Positions 19,505 to 27,331 of a stretch of 36,074 nucleotides of DNA are shown here, piece after piece. The position numbers were made by a program, and so were the translations under genes. The notes beneath the pieces are model-generated. The model was not told the DNA's origin, made no database searches, and saw only the letters and a program-made list of their open reading frames with translations. This DNA is from a virus. Its lineage: Duplodnaviria; Caudoviricetes. How positions within the stretch are numbered: position 1 is the stretch's first letter; every line of letters starts with the position of its first letter. Where the stretch lies: the IMG/VR virus record IMGVR_UViG_3300020044_002638, positions 1 to 36,074 of that record. One strand, written 5' to 3'.

Positions 19505-20230
19505 TTATGCCGGAGCAATCACAGTGACCGTTCCGCTTGAGCCTTTGAATTTGAGTGCGCCACCCTCAACGTAAATCACGCCACCACCGCTAGGCGTTGT
19601 TGGTGCTGCTGTGTTTGGCAATGGCAGAACGCTGGAATTCTCCCAGACCGTGTTTGCCGCATTTCGAGTCAGAATCTGCTTTGCAGCCACCGATGTGATT
19701 TTGACATCGTGCAATTCTTCAAGCTCGTAGCCGTTTTGCGTGTGGATGTGGACGATGCCGCCACCAGACGATCCGCCCTTGACAACGTAGCCAACCATGA
19801 CCAAGTGCTGAGGAGCAACCGGTTTTGTCTTTGTGATCCCGCCAGGCACTGTCGGCGACAGCCAAAGCACATCCCCATCTGAATATCCAGCCGTGCTGAT
19901 CCCCGTCACTTCCAAGCCGCTCGTTGCAATGAATCCTTCAGCATTATTTGCGATGTTTGTCAGCGCCACGCCAAGGATTGTTGCCGATGTCGCATCCGAA
20001 TTACCAAGCGCCAGCGCCACGGTCATGCGCGTGCCTTGCGAGCCGGTGACGTAAACGACTTGCCCTTTGTTGATCTGCGAGCCGGTCAGGTTGACGACAG
20101 TCGTCAGCGGCATGAACTTGCTGGCTGCGACTTTGACAGACACTCCACCCTGAACCACCATGACAAGTTCATTGCCGGTCAACTCGGCTGCGTTGTTCAA
20201 TTCACTTACTTTGAGTGTTGGTGCTGTCAT
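19505..20230 (-). CDS. Putative neck/head fibre protein
   Basis: N-terminal KVSELNNAAELTGNELVMVVQGG, central INKGQVVYV...LWLSPTVPG, LEELHDV, C-terminal GALKFKGSSGTVT. Confidence 0.6.
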   Translation of the reverse strand: MTAPTLKVSELNNAAELTGNELVMVVQGGVSVKVAASKFMPLTTVVNLTGSQINKGQVVYVTGSQGTRMTVALALGNSDATSATILGVALTNIANNAEGFIATSGLEVTGISTAGYSDGDVLWLSPTVPGGITKTKPVAPQHLVMVGYVVKGGSSGGGIVHIHTQNGYELEELHDVKITSVAAKQILTRNAANTVWENSSVLPLPNTAAPTTPSGGGVIYVEGGALKFKGSSGTVTVIAPA

Positions 20231-20266
20231 TTGGAAATCCTCGGTTTTGCGACATTTTAGGCCGGA

Positions 20267-21490
20267 TTACAAAAATTCCATAACGATGTCAGCCTTTGGA
20301 GCCTTGATAAGCGGTGCCAGTGCGTACCTGATAGCGTCCATGCAATGGTTGTGCGCGTCCACCACATCAGGCAGAATGTCGCCCGTCAGCCTGTCCACTT
20401 TGTAGCTGTAAAGCCGCGACTCTTTGACCGTCTCAACGCATCGAGGGTGGATAACGATTTCAGAATAACCCCTCATGTGGGCGATGCCATCCTGCACTGA
20501 TCCGGGCCACTTCTTCACGGCTTCAATGCGTGAAAGCCCTTTTCGCTTGAGATAGCTGATTGTCTCTGGCCGCGCAGAATCAGCCCGGATGACGTGATTT
20601 TCAATGCCGGGCACGCATTTTTTGAGGTAATCCGCTGTCTCGTCAATCTCAAGCGCCACCTTGTAGGCCTCATTCTCGACGTAGAGATTCCCAGCGTGAA
20701 TCCAGCACTTGACCGCCGTTGTCGGGTCTTGCGCAAATCCCCAGTCTGCGCCGTGGTAAGGGCCATCCCAGTCAGCACCAGGCACAAACTCAGCCACTTT
20801 TACCTTGCGGGCCAGCACCTGTGAATCGCTGTTTTGCAGGTAAGCGCCTTCCCAAATATGGGCATATGTGGCCGGGTCAAGCGTGGACTGCTGGTGCTTG
20901 CGCAGTTTCTCAAGGCCAGCAGGAAACCAAGGGTTGTCCCCGTGGTTCATCTCCACAATCATTGAATCCTTTGGCGGGTTCTTTCTAAACCTTGAATCAA
21001 CCGGGCTTCCGTCTAATCGTGGGTTCCAGACAACCCACATCTCGGACTTTGGACGCCTGAAGACCGTGGCCTCCAGCGCCAGCCAGGATTGCTCTGGCAC
21101 ATCCTCGGCTTCTTCAACAATGGTCAGGTCAATCTTTGCCAGCGATTTAATCGACCCGGTGTTGTGCCTTAGGCCCCTAAAAATGAACTCAGTGCCGTTA
21201 TAGCCGCGCAAATAATCAATGCCCACATCGTATGCGGCCTCAAGCCATGGATATGTGGCAATCGCCGCCTTCAACTCGGCGTGAAAAGACTCTTTAATGC
21301 TGGCCTGCAAGTCCCGCGCACACAAAACCCTGATCGGCTCGGCATAACCCCAGATTGCAGCCATCAAGGCGAACGAAAACGACTTGGCCGATCCTCGCCC
21401 TCCGTGAGCGCCCCTATATTGCAGTTCGCCTCGCTCTTTGGCGAAAAGCGGGACTAGCTTTGGCGGCAGTTCAATCTTTGCTTCGGTCAC
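20267..21490 (-). CDS. terL: Terminase large subunit, PBSX family
   Basis: Walker A GGRGSAKS, Walker B IVEEAE, WNP, GADWGF..DP, NHCMDAIRYA; GTG start coupled to terS stop. Confidence 0.95.
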   Translation of the reverse strand: MTEAKIELPPKLVPLFAKERGELQYRGAHGGRGSAKSFSFALMAAIWGYAEPIRVLCARDLQASIKESFHAELKAAIATYPWLEAAYDVGIDYLRGYNGTEFIFRGLRHNTGSIKSLAKIDLTIVEEAEDVPEQSWLALEATVFRRPKSEMWVVWNPRLDGSPVDSRFRKNPPKDSMIVEMNHGDNPWFPAGLEKLRKHQQSTLDPATYAHIWEGAYLQNSDSQVLARKVKVAEFVPGADWDGPYHGADWGFAQDPTTAVKCWIHAGNLYVENEAYKVALEIDETADYLKKCVPGIENHVIRADSARPETISYLKRKGLSRIEAVKKWPGSVQDGIAHMRGYSEIVIHPRCVETVKESRLYSYKVDRLTGDILPDVVDAHNHCMDAIRYALAPLIKAPKADIVMEFL

Positions 21491-21876
21491 TGCTTGGCAA
21501 TGATTCGGATAACAGTCGGCTTCATGCTGCCATCGCTGTTCATCAAGTCCACCTTTTGGGGCGCGTTGAATCCGTGCATGGCATTTAGCTCTTTGACGGC
21601 TGACACCTTCACGGCCCCATTGCCCTCTTGGTACGCTTCCAAAAGCGCCTGAACGCTCATTTCTCGCGTCCAAAGGGCCTTTTGCGTGAGTTTCTCTCGC
21701 AGTTCGGCGACCCTACCCTTAATGTCCCCGTTTTGCATCAACTCGCTTGCACGCTTGACTGTTGTCTCTGGCTTTGTGCCTGGCTTGACATTGAAGGCGG
21801 CGCGGTACGCCTCAGATTGAGCCATTCCATCAGCCACGCACTGCGCAAACTTTTCCTGTTTCGGCGTCAAACTCAT
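21487..21876 (-). CDS. terS: Terminase small subunit
   Basis: LTPKQEKFAQ...SEAYRAAF HTH; directly upstream of terL. Confidence 0.9.
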   Translation of the reverse strand: MSLTPKQEKFAQCVADGMAQSEAYRAAFNVKPGTKPETTVKRASELMQNGDIKGRVAELREKLTQKALWTREMSVQALLEAYQEGNGAVKVSAVKELNAMHGFNAPQKVDLMNSDGSMKPTVIRIIAKQ

Positions 21877-22060
21877 AATCTTTCCTTGTTCTGGCCCGTT
21901 CCCAAATTAACACCTTACAACTTACGGCCTTCCGGTGATTGACCTCGCAGCGTCATGAGTTCTCTTGCGGGTAGCGCTGGTCTGGCATTTGGGCTTTTTG
22001 ACAAGTGGGCATCCTTATCTGAAAGTTGGAAAGCCCCGCCAACTGCGCGAATTTTATGCG

Positions 22061-22300
22061 TTAATCCTTTGGGTGTGGGCAATTATCAGGCGGCACGATC
22101 ACACACCAGACAGATTCAAATTGACCTCTTGAGCCCGGGTTGACTGTCCACCTATCAATGTAGGCATCTGGCATAGCCTGGAGGCTTTTGTAAACAACCA
22201 TCTGACTTGCACCGATGTACTCGGAAATGCTGCGAGTCGTCATGCCATCGTCAAACTTCCTCAAAAGAAGGCGAATTTCTGGATGGCGCGATTTGCTCAT
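22061..22300 (-). CDS. Small HTH-like protein (candidate late regulator)
   Basis: DGMTTRSISEYIG HTH-like segment, MPDAYIDRW; last gene before terS intergenic region. Confidence 0.6.
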   Translation of the reverse strand: MSKSRHPEIRLLLRKFDDGMTTRSISEYIGASQMVVYKSLQAMPDAYIDRWTVNPGSRGQFESVWCVIVPPDNCPHPKD

Positions 22301-22545
22301 GGCTGTATTTTTGCAGAATTGGCCGTTTGTTTTAAATTTTCACGGACAAACTCTGTTTTTTCCAATTCCTCGATGGCGCGTTTGCAGTAAATCGCAGCGT
22401 CCAAAAGTTCCTCATATTGGTGTTGCAGCCATTCTTTGAGGCTTAGTGGGTTTTGCTCAATGCTGACGCCGTATTTTTCCAGGCCAAGCCGCTGGCGCTT
22501 TGCGATGTCTTGGCAGACTCTGGATTCTGTTCCTTGTGCTGTCAT
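22297..22545 (-). CDS. Small all-alpha protein, MazG-like signature
   Basis: GLEKYG...WLQHQYEELLDAAIY (EExxD). Confidence 0.6.
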   Translation of the reverse strand: MTAQGTESRVCQDIAKRQRLGLEKYGVSIEQNPLSLKEWLQHQYEELLDAAIYCKRAIEELEKTEFVRENLKQTANSAKIQP

Positions 22546-22570
22546 GTGTTCTTCTCCTTGAGTTTGGCTT
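22542..22570. repeat. 29-bp direct repeat, copy 1
   Basis: TCATGTGTTCTTCTCCTTGAGTTTGGCTT identical to 24487-24515. Confidence 0.95.
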
Positions 22571-23312
22571 CGATGGCGCGGGCAAATGCAATTGTGTACT
22601 CAAAGCCCTCTTGCCCTGCGTCACACGCATCAGCAGTTTTTCGTATTTCCTCATCCGTCAGCCCAACCCACGCACTCCTTCGATCCTTCGGATCTGGTGC
22701 TGATTGCCGCTGTGCTGCGGGTGCTGGGTGTGTATAAAGTGGAATGTTGTAGTTCCCGAATTTTTCCTCTCTAACATACAGCTCGACATCGTCCGTTTTC
22801 CACGCCACAGGCTCCTGCACAGGCGCTGTCTGTGCGGCTCGGATGCAACCCATGTGCTCACGATGGTAGGTCATGTATCCACAACATTGACACCTCACGT
22901 CATTCAACGAGTGTTCTTTCACCGCCGCAGCATCTCTGTTTTTTCTCGCCTCAATACGGGCAAACACACGCTCATCTTGTTCAACGCCAATGTCCTGCAC
23001 AGGTGCTGCGGGTGGGGTGGTGTATAGGGGCACAACCTCCCGCTTTTCGTCCGAAAACTTGAGGCTTAATCTTTTGTGGTGCTCAATGGCATCACTTTCA
23101 CGAAAGAAAAAATTACCGCAATGCACACCACTCCAAGTAACTGACCACGCCACTGGCTCCTGCTTCTCAACGGCCTCGATGGCGGTGCGGAGGGTAGTGA
23201 TGGCAGTTATTCTGCGTTTGACACCCCCAATCTCGTAATCGTTCGCCAATTCCAACGCCTCCAGCGCCTGCTTCATTGCTTCAACGTCACTTCGTGTCTG
23301 GATGTGGTTCAT
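22542..23312 (-). CDS. Mosaic hypothetical protein with repeated QEPVAW / PLYT / APVQ linkers
   Basis: Two QEPVAW, two PLYT, two APVQ; ends AIEAKLKEKNT. Confidence 0.8.
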   Translation of the reverse strand: MNHIQTRSDVEAMKQALEALELANDYEIGGVKRRITAITTLRTAIEAVEKQEPVAWSVTWSGVHCGNFFFRESDAIEHHKRLSLKFSDEKREVVPLYTTPPAAPVQDIGVEQDERVFARIEARKNRDAAAVKEHSLNDVRCQCCGYMTYHREHMGCIRAAQTAPVQEPVAWKTDDVELYVREEKFGNYNIPLYTHPAPAAQRQSAPDPKDRRSAWVGLTDEEIRKTADACDAGQEGFEYTIAFARAIEAKLKEKNT

Positions 23313-23611
23313 TTGGTTTCTCCTCTTTTCGAGGCTTCATCGCTTCGCTGGCCTCTGGCTCGGATTTCCGTTGCAGTAGCGCTGAGCGCTTGAAACGTCA
23401 TAGGTAAACCGGCTTTGCCATAATCTGCCGAAAGAACATCACACACCTTCGCACACGCCTCACGCTCTACGCTCCGCTCATCAGCACGCACAAGGGCTTC
23501 AAAGGCTTTGAGTTGTTCAGGATTGAATGTGTAAGCCGTGCGGTCTGGATAGCGTCTGTATGTGTAGGCGGCGGCTTTCACCTCACAGGCCATGTCCATG
23601 ATGTCTCTCAT
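23309..23611 (-). CDS. Hypothetical protein (EREACAKVC...IRARG type)
   Basis: ATGA-coupled at both ends; start reassigned to MRDIM. Confidence 0.7.
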   Translation of the reverse strand: MRDIMDMACEVKAAAYTYRRYPDRTAYTFNPEQLKAFEALVRADERSVEREACAKVCDVLSADYGKAGLPMTFQALSATATEIRARGQRSDEASKRGETK

Positions 23612-23763
23612 GCTGACACCTTTGCCATTTCCCAGCCCATTTGAAAATAGTTCCACCTGGTCTGAATTGCTTGGTTTGTATATTTCCCGGTTGACGTTTT
23701 GCTGAAGTCTGTTTGACCTTTGCTGCGCTGGATTGCTTCAAATACTCGTTGTGATTGGCTCAT
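23608..23763 (-). CDS. Small hypothetical protein, 51 aa (not in ORF track)
   Basis: MSQSQRVFEAIQRSKGQTDFSKTSTGKYTNQAIQTRWNYFQMGWEMAKVSA fills the gap exactly, ATGA-coupled. Confidence 0.7.
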   Translation of the reverse strand: MSQSQRVFEAIQRSKGQTDFSKTSTGKYTNQAIQTRWNYFQMGWEMAKVSA

Positions 23764-23764
23764 T

Positions 23765-23998
23765 TCAGACTCCAAGTTGTTTCAGTGCTGCCTGCAAGCC
23801 AGCCAAGCCGCCGACACGCTGGCCGTTGATGAAGATTTGTGGCATCTGGCGTGCTTCTGGGAACCTGCGAAGCAGGTTTGCCAACTCGTCAGGCTTTTCG
23901 GTGTCGAGTTCGACAAACCTCAGCCCCTTTGACTTCAGCAGGTTCTTCGCTGCCACGCAGTTTGGGCAGGCGCTCTTGGTGTAGATGGTGATTTGCAT
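23765..23998 (-). CDS. Glutaredoxin (dithiol, Grx3-like)
   Basis: IYTKSACPNCVAAK, MPQIFING..VGG motifs. Confidence 0.92.
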   Translation of the reverse strand: MQITIYTKSACPNCVAAKNLLKSKGLRFVELDTEKPDELANLLRRFPEARQMPQIFINGQRVGGLAGLQAALKQLGV

Positions 23999-24007
23999 AA
24001 TTGTTCC

Positions 24008-24490
24008 TTAAATAACGCAGTGACTATGTAATTCACGCTTTGCTTTTAAATATGCTTCATGCGCTTGCTCTGGTGTTTTAAAGTAGCCGATAGACACTGG
24101 TTTGCCGTCAACTTGAATTTGCGCTTTCCATGTCTTTGTTCTCCACCAATAAATTACGCCAAGAAAACCGGATTTGTTGTTGGCCTGAGGCTTTCGTTTG
24201 TTTTGACTGTTTTGCGATCTGTTAGCAAGGCGCAGATTGCATAGCCTGTTGTCATCGGTTTTTCCGTTGATGTGGTCTACTTCAGCAGAAGGCCATTCAC
24301 CATGTGTATATAGCCATGCAAGACGATGTGCCAAATATAACTTTCTGTTAACGCCGACTTGAACGTAGCTTCGCCCGTTTAAAGTTCCAGCTTGACGCCA
24401 AGGGAGTTTTCCAAGCAAACCAAATCTCCAACGAAAAACACCAGTTGCGGGGTCGTAGTGCAAAACAGACTTCAAAGATTCTTGGTTCAT
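24008..24490 (-). CDS. HNH-AP2 homing endonuclease
   Basis: YDPATGVFRW, AHRLAWLY, VDHING...DNRLCNLR, AP2 WKAQI...IGYF.TPEQAHEAY; more AT-rich than flanks. Confidence 0.9.
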   Translation of the reverse strand: MNQESLKSVLHYDPATGVFRWRFGLLGKLPWRQAGTLNGRSYVQVGVNRKLYLAHRLAWLYTHGEWPSAEVDHINGKTDDNRLCNLRLANRSQNSQNKRKPQANNKSGFLGVIYWWRTKTWKAQIQVDGKPVSIGYFKTPEQAHEAYLKAKRELHSHCVI

Positions 24491-24515
24491 GTGTTCTTCT
24501 CCTTGAGTTTGGCTT
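24487..24515. repeat. 29-bp direct repeat, copy 2
   Basis: Identical to 22542-22570. Confidence 0.95.
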
Positions 24516-24765
24516 GGTAAAACTTCACGAGGTTCATCACCCCGCGCTTGCCGTCCGGCTGTCCGCGCACGAACCATTTGCCCGTGCCGGGCCAGAAGTC
24601 TATGAACCCATCGCCACACTTGACGATGAGGTGTGCGCCCATGTTGTGGCTTGTGAACTCAATGCCGAACGTGCGCAGGGTCTGTGCGCTGTTCGCCCGG
24701 TTACTTGCGCGTTTGGCTTTGCTGCGCTCAGCGTAGCCTTCCCACACTTCCGCCATGTCACCCAT
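24487..24765 (-). CDS. Hypothetical protein (MGDM...IDFWPGTGKW type)
   Basis: GAHLIV, IDFWPGTGKW; ends AKLKEKNT. Confidence 0.75.
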   Translation of the reverse strand: MGDMAEVWEGYAERSKAKRASNRANSAQTLRTFGIEFTSHNMGAHLIVKCGDGFIDFWPGTGKWFVRGQPDGKRGVMNLVKFYQAKLKEKNT

Positions 24766-24776
24766 GATTTTCCCCC

Positions 24777-24884
24777 TCAAAACGGCGCATCAGGCATTTG
24801 ATTGCGCTGTTGCTGGTTGTATTGCTTGATTTGCTTTGCAGTCCACGGCACTGCGCCCGTGGCTGGCGGGAAAGGCCAGTTCAT
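24777..24884 (-). CDS. Small peptide, 35 aa (not in ORF track)
   Basis: MNWPFPPATGAVPWTAKQIKQYNQQQRNQMPDAPF; ATGA-coupled. Confidence 0.6.
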   Translation of the reverse strand: MNWPFPPATGAVPWTAKQIKQYNQQQRNQMPDAPF

Positions 24885-25207
24885 GCGCCAATCCCCCGTG
24901 ACTTGATTTGCATGGCATCCATTGCGCCAGGGCGAACAGGCATAAATTCCTTGAACACCAGCGGCTCGTAGATAAATTGCTTTTGGACTGTGATCTTTCC
25001 AATCCTTGCCAAGCCTTCATTTGTCAGGCGGTATTTGCGAAGCTCACGGGCTTTTTTTGGCAGACCGACGATCATGCCTTGCTGCTGCATATAGTTCACG
25101 ATGCGATGCAATCCGGCCATGCCTAGCAATCGCTCCAAAGCCAAATAGTCTTGCGGGCCGTTCAGGTGAAGTGCGTTCAAAATCGCTGCGTGTTTTACGT
25201 TTGTCAT
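24881..25207 (-). CDS. Winged-helix-like hypothetical protein
   Basis: ILNALHLNGP...KYRLTNEG; C-terminal RPGAMDAMQIKSRG. Confidence 0.65.
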   Translation of the reverse strand: MTNVKHAAILNALHLNGPQDYLALERLLGMAGLHRIVNYMQQQGMIVGLPKKARELRKYRLTNEGLARIGKITVQKQFIYEPLVFKEFMPVRPGAMDAMQIKSRGIGA

Positions 25208-25359
25208 TGGTTGTTCCCGTTGTGGCCGCAATCGGCGCATGGTTGTTCTGTGTCTTCGCCGTGGCGGTGTTTGCACCAGCAGCACGGGGCGTTGAATGTC
25301 GATCCTTCTGGTTCAAAATGATCGTTTTCGACGATTGGAATCCAGACTGGCTGATTCAC
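25204..25359 (-). CDS. Small Cys-rich (Zn-finger-like) protein, 51 aa (not in ORF track)
   Basis: GTGA/ATGA coupled; PCCWCKH...PCADC. Confidence 0.6.
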   Translation of the reverse strand: MNQPVWIPIVENDHFEPEGSTFNAPCCWCKHRHGEDTEQPCADCGHNGNNQ

Positions 25360-25622
25360 TTCTCGCCTCGCACTTCGTCAATGATTGCGCGGATGGCCGC
25401 TACTTTTTCGCTTTTGATGCCGTACAAATGCTCTGCCAATGGCAGCAAGTTCAGCACGGCTTGGTAGAGGTCTTTTGATGCGGCGATCAGTCGGGTATCG
25501 GCTTCGCTTGTCTCTGGAAAGTGGCCGTGAGTCGATGCGACAGGAAGGCCGTCACAGTAAACGTCGATCCATCCGGATGATGATCCAATCTCTCCAATTG
25601 TCCATTTTCCTGGTGTGAACAT
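25356..25622 (-). CDS. Hypothetical protein (TPG.W ... LIAA..DL type)
   Basis: MFTPGKW, EADTRLIAASKDLY; GAGGT RBS. Confidence 0.75.
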   Translation of the reverse strand: MFTPGKWTIGEIGSSSGWIDVYCDGLPVASTHGHFPETSEADTRLIAASKDLYQAVLNLLPLAEHLYGIKSEKVAAIRAIIDEVRGEK

Positions 25623-25630
25623 GGCTTACC

Positions 25631-25765
25631 TCACTTGGACAGGTGAACGAACAGCAGCGCGGCCAAGCCAACGCCGATTGCGACTGCCAGCAAAACGCCC
25701 ATTGCGGACTCTGCGCGGCTGTTGATTTTTTGAGCCTGACGCTCATAGTGCCATTGATGTTTCAT
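25631..25765 (-). CDS. Small membrane peptide, 44 aa (not in ORF track)
   Basis: MKHQWHYERQAQKINSRAESAMGVLLAVAIGVGLAALLFVHLSK; first ORF after promoter. Confidence 0.65.
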   Translation of the reverse strand: MKHQWHYERQAQKINSRAESAMGVLLAVAIGVGLAALLFVHLSK

Positions 25766-25811
25766 GTCTGACTTTCGGTTGTGGCTGCAAGATGTTTGCC
25801 GCCTGTTTTTA

Positions 25812-25850
25812 ATTGTAATCTAATATTTTGCGATTGTGCAAAATTATTTT
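25812..25850 (-). promoter_or_regulatory. Sigma70-like promoter of small-gene operon
   Basis: AT-rich UP element, TTGCAC(A)...TACAAT; spacer similar to 34534-34573. Confidence 0.7.
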
Positions 25851-26023
25851 TTCAGTTCTTGCATGGCCTTTGCTAAGTCGGTATCAATGCCCTTGAACAC
25901 CTCTGACTTATCGGCGGCAAGCTCCTTTGCGTGATGCCATGCCCAGGCCTTCCACTCTGGCTTTTGAGCGATCATGATTAGCTTTTCAAGTTGCAGCTTG
26001 TAGGCGAGTTGGTAGTCCATCAT
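25844..26023 (-). CDS. Small hypothetical protein
   Basis: MMDYQ...WKAWAWHHAKEL; ATGA-coupled. Confidence 0.65.
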   Translation of the reverse strand: MMDYQLAYKLQLEKLIMIAQKPEWKAWAWHHAKELAADKSEVFKGIDTDLAKAMQELKK

Positions 26024-26340
26024 GCTTTCCTCCAAACATTCTTAGGCGAGCAATGGCAAGTCGCCGACTCCTGGCGCTTGTAGCCAATGCTGCGGATCAC
26101 GTTGGCCTTGCTCGCGGCCATAAACACGCCACCCCATGCGCGGGCGTCTGGCGGCTTTGGCATACCGCATGACTCAGCCCAGACCCTGACTTGCTCGGCC
26201 ATGAACGACTTGCCTGGGTTTTGCTTCATGAACAAAAGCATCATCACGCTGGCCTTGTCGAACCAGTCGCCGTGAACACGCTCGGCGTGATTGACTGCGC
26301 GGGTTATGCCGGTGTCTCGGCGTTTTTCAGCTTGTTTCAT
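26020..26340 (-). CDS. Hypothetical protein (PPDARAWGGV type)
   Basis: GAGGAG RBS before MKQAEK; FMAEQVR, AWGGVF motifs. Confidence 0.75.
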   Translation of the reverse strand: MKQAEKRRDTGITRAVNHAERVHGDWFDKASVMMLLFMKQNPGKSFMAEQVRVWAESCGMPKPPDARAWGGVFMAASKANVIRSIGYKRQESATCHCSPKNVWRKA

Positions 26341-26350
26341 TATTGTCTCC

Positions 26351-27331
26351 TCATGTCTTGTAATGCGGATAGTTTGGGAAAAATAGCGGGTAAGAGTCAC
26401 TTGATTCGCGGTATTGCTGGCTGTCCATGTCAAACCACAAATTGATCTGCGGCTCTCCATCGCTTGAGCCTTCATAGTTGCGCTGCTTCCTGACAAAAAG
26501 CACCTGGTCAGGCTCTTGGCCTTTTTCACCACCTTTGCCAGACCGGATGGCGATCTCCTTCGACTTGTTCCTGAAGACCAAAATGATGTTGTCCACTTGA
26601 TCGGCGATGGCTCCAGAACCTTTTAGGTCGTTCTTGTCTGGCAGTTCCGTTTCCTTGCTTGGCTTTTTCAGGTGATGCACGATGTGGACGTGAATCTGGT
26701 TGTCGCGGGCAATGCTTGTCATTTCATCAACAAAAGCCTTCTGCCCGTTGTAGTCGTCCTCACCACTGACCACCTTTGCCAAGTTGTCCACAAAGACGTG
26801 CTGAAGGCCAAGCTCGACGGCGCAATATCTGACCATGCCAATCACCAATTCCCTGTCTGCCGTTCCTTGCTGGTCGTAAATCCAAAGCCGCCGGTCAACC
26901 CAGCCGCCAAACTCTTCATAAAGCTCGTCAATTGCTTGGATGCCATCCCTGCCCTGAAACTCTGGAGAAAATGGATTCATGCCCGCATACATTCGCGCCA
27001 TGCGCTGAATTGTCATGTGCGGCTTCATCTCAAAACTGGCAATGCACAATTTTTGCTCTTGGCCGATCAGTGAAAGCGCCACCATGCTGGTGACAAGGCT
27101 CTTGCCGTGGCCGTTCTGACCAGCCCAGACAGTGACCTCACCTGGCCGGAAATCAAAATTGTCTCGGGTCTTCGGCCATGGCAAAAAAACCTTCTTCTCG
27201 TTTTGCTTGATGCGCAGTCTGTCTTTGAGCGTTTGCGTGTAGTCGGCGGCGTTCTTCACGTTCGCCTTTGCATCCGACTCTTTCAGGTACTGCCTGAAAT
27301 CAATCGAATCTGACGTGATGATTGTTGTCAA
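26351..27331 (-). CDS. SF4 DnaB / T7 gp4-like replicative helicase (no primase domain)
   Basis: Walker A AGQNGHGKS, SFEM, FVDNL, DLKGSGAI, KQRN; likely TTG start after GGAGG. Confidence 0.9.
   Translation of the reverse strand: MTTIITSDSIDFRQYLKESDAKANVKNAADYTQTLKDRLRIKQNEKKVFLPWPKTRDNFDFRPGEVTVWAGQNGHGKSLVTSMVALSLIGQEQKLCIASFEMKPHMTIQRMARMYAGMNPFSPEFQGRDGIQAIDELYEEFGGWVDRRLWIYDQQGTADRELVIGMVRYCAVELGLQHVFVDNLAKVVSGEDDYNGQKAFVDEMTSIARDNQIHVHIVHHLKKPSKETELPDKNDLKGSGAIADQVDNIILVFRNKSKEIAIRSGKGGEKGQEPDQVLFVRKQRNYEGSSDGEPQINLWFDMDSQQYRESSDSYPLFFPNYPHYKT

Noticed and set aside
21491-21673. N-terminal extension of terL in the ORF track
   Set aside because: Overlaps terS; GTG 21490 is coupled to the terS stop
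22542-22570. 29-bp repeat as attL/attR or an IS target duplication
   Set aside because: No integrase or transposase and no inverted arms; the repeat coincides with RBS and stop/start signals
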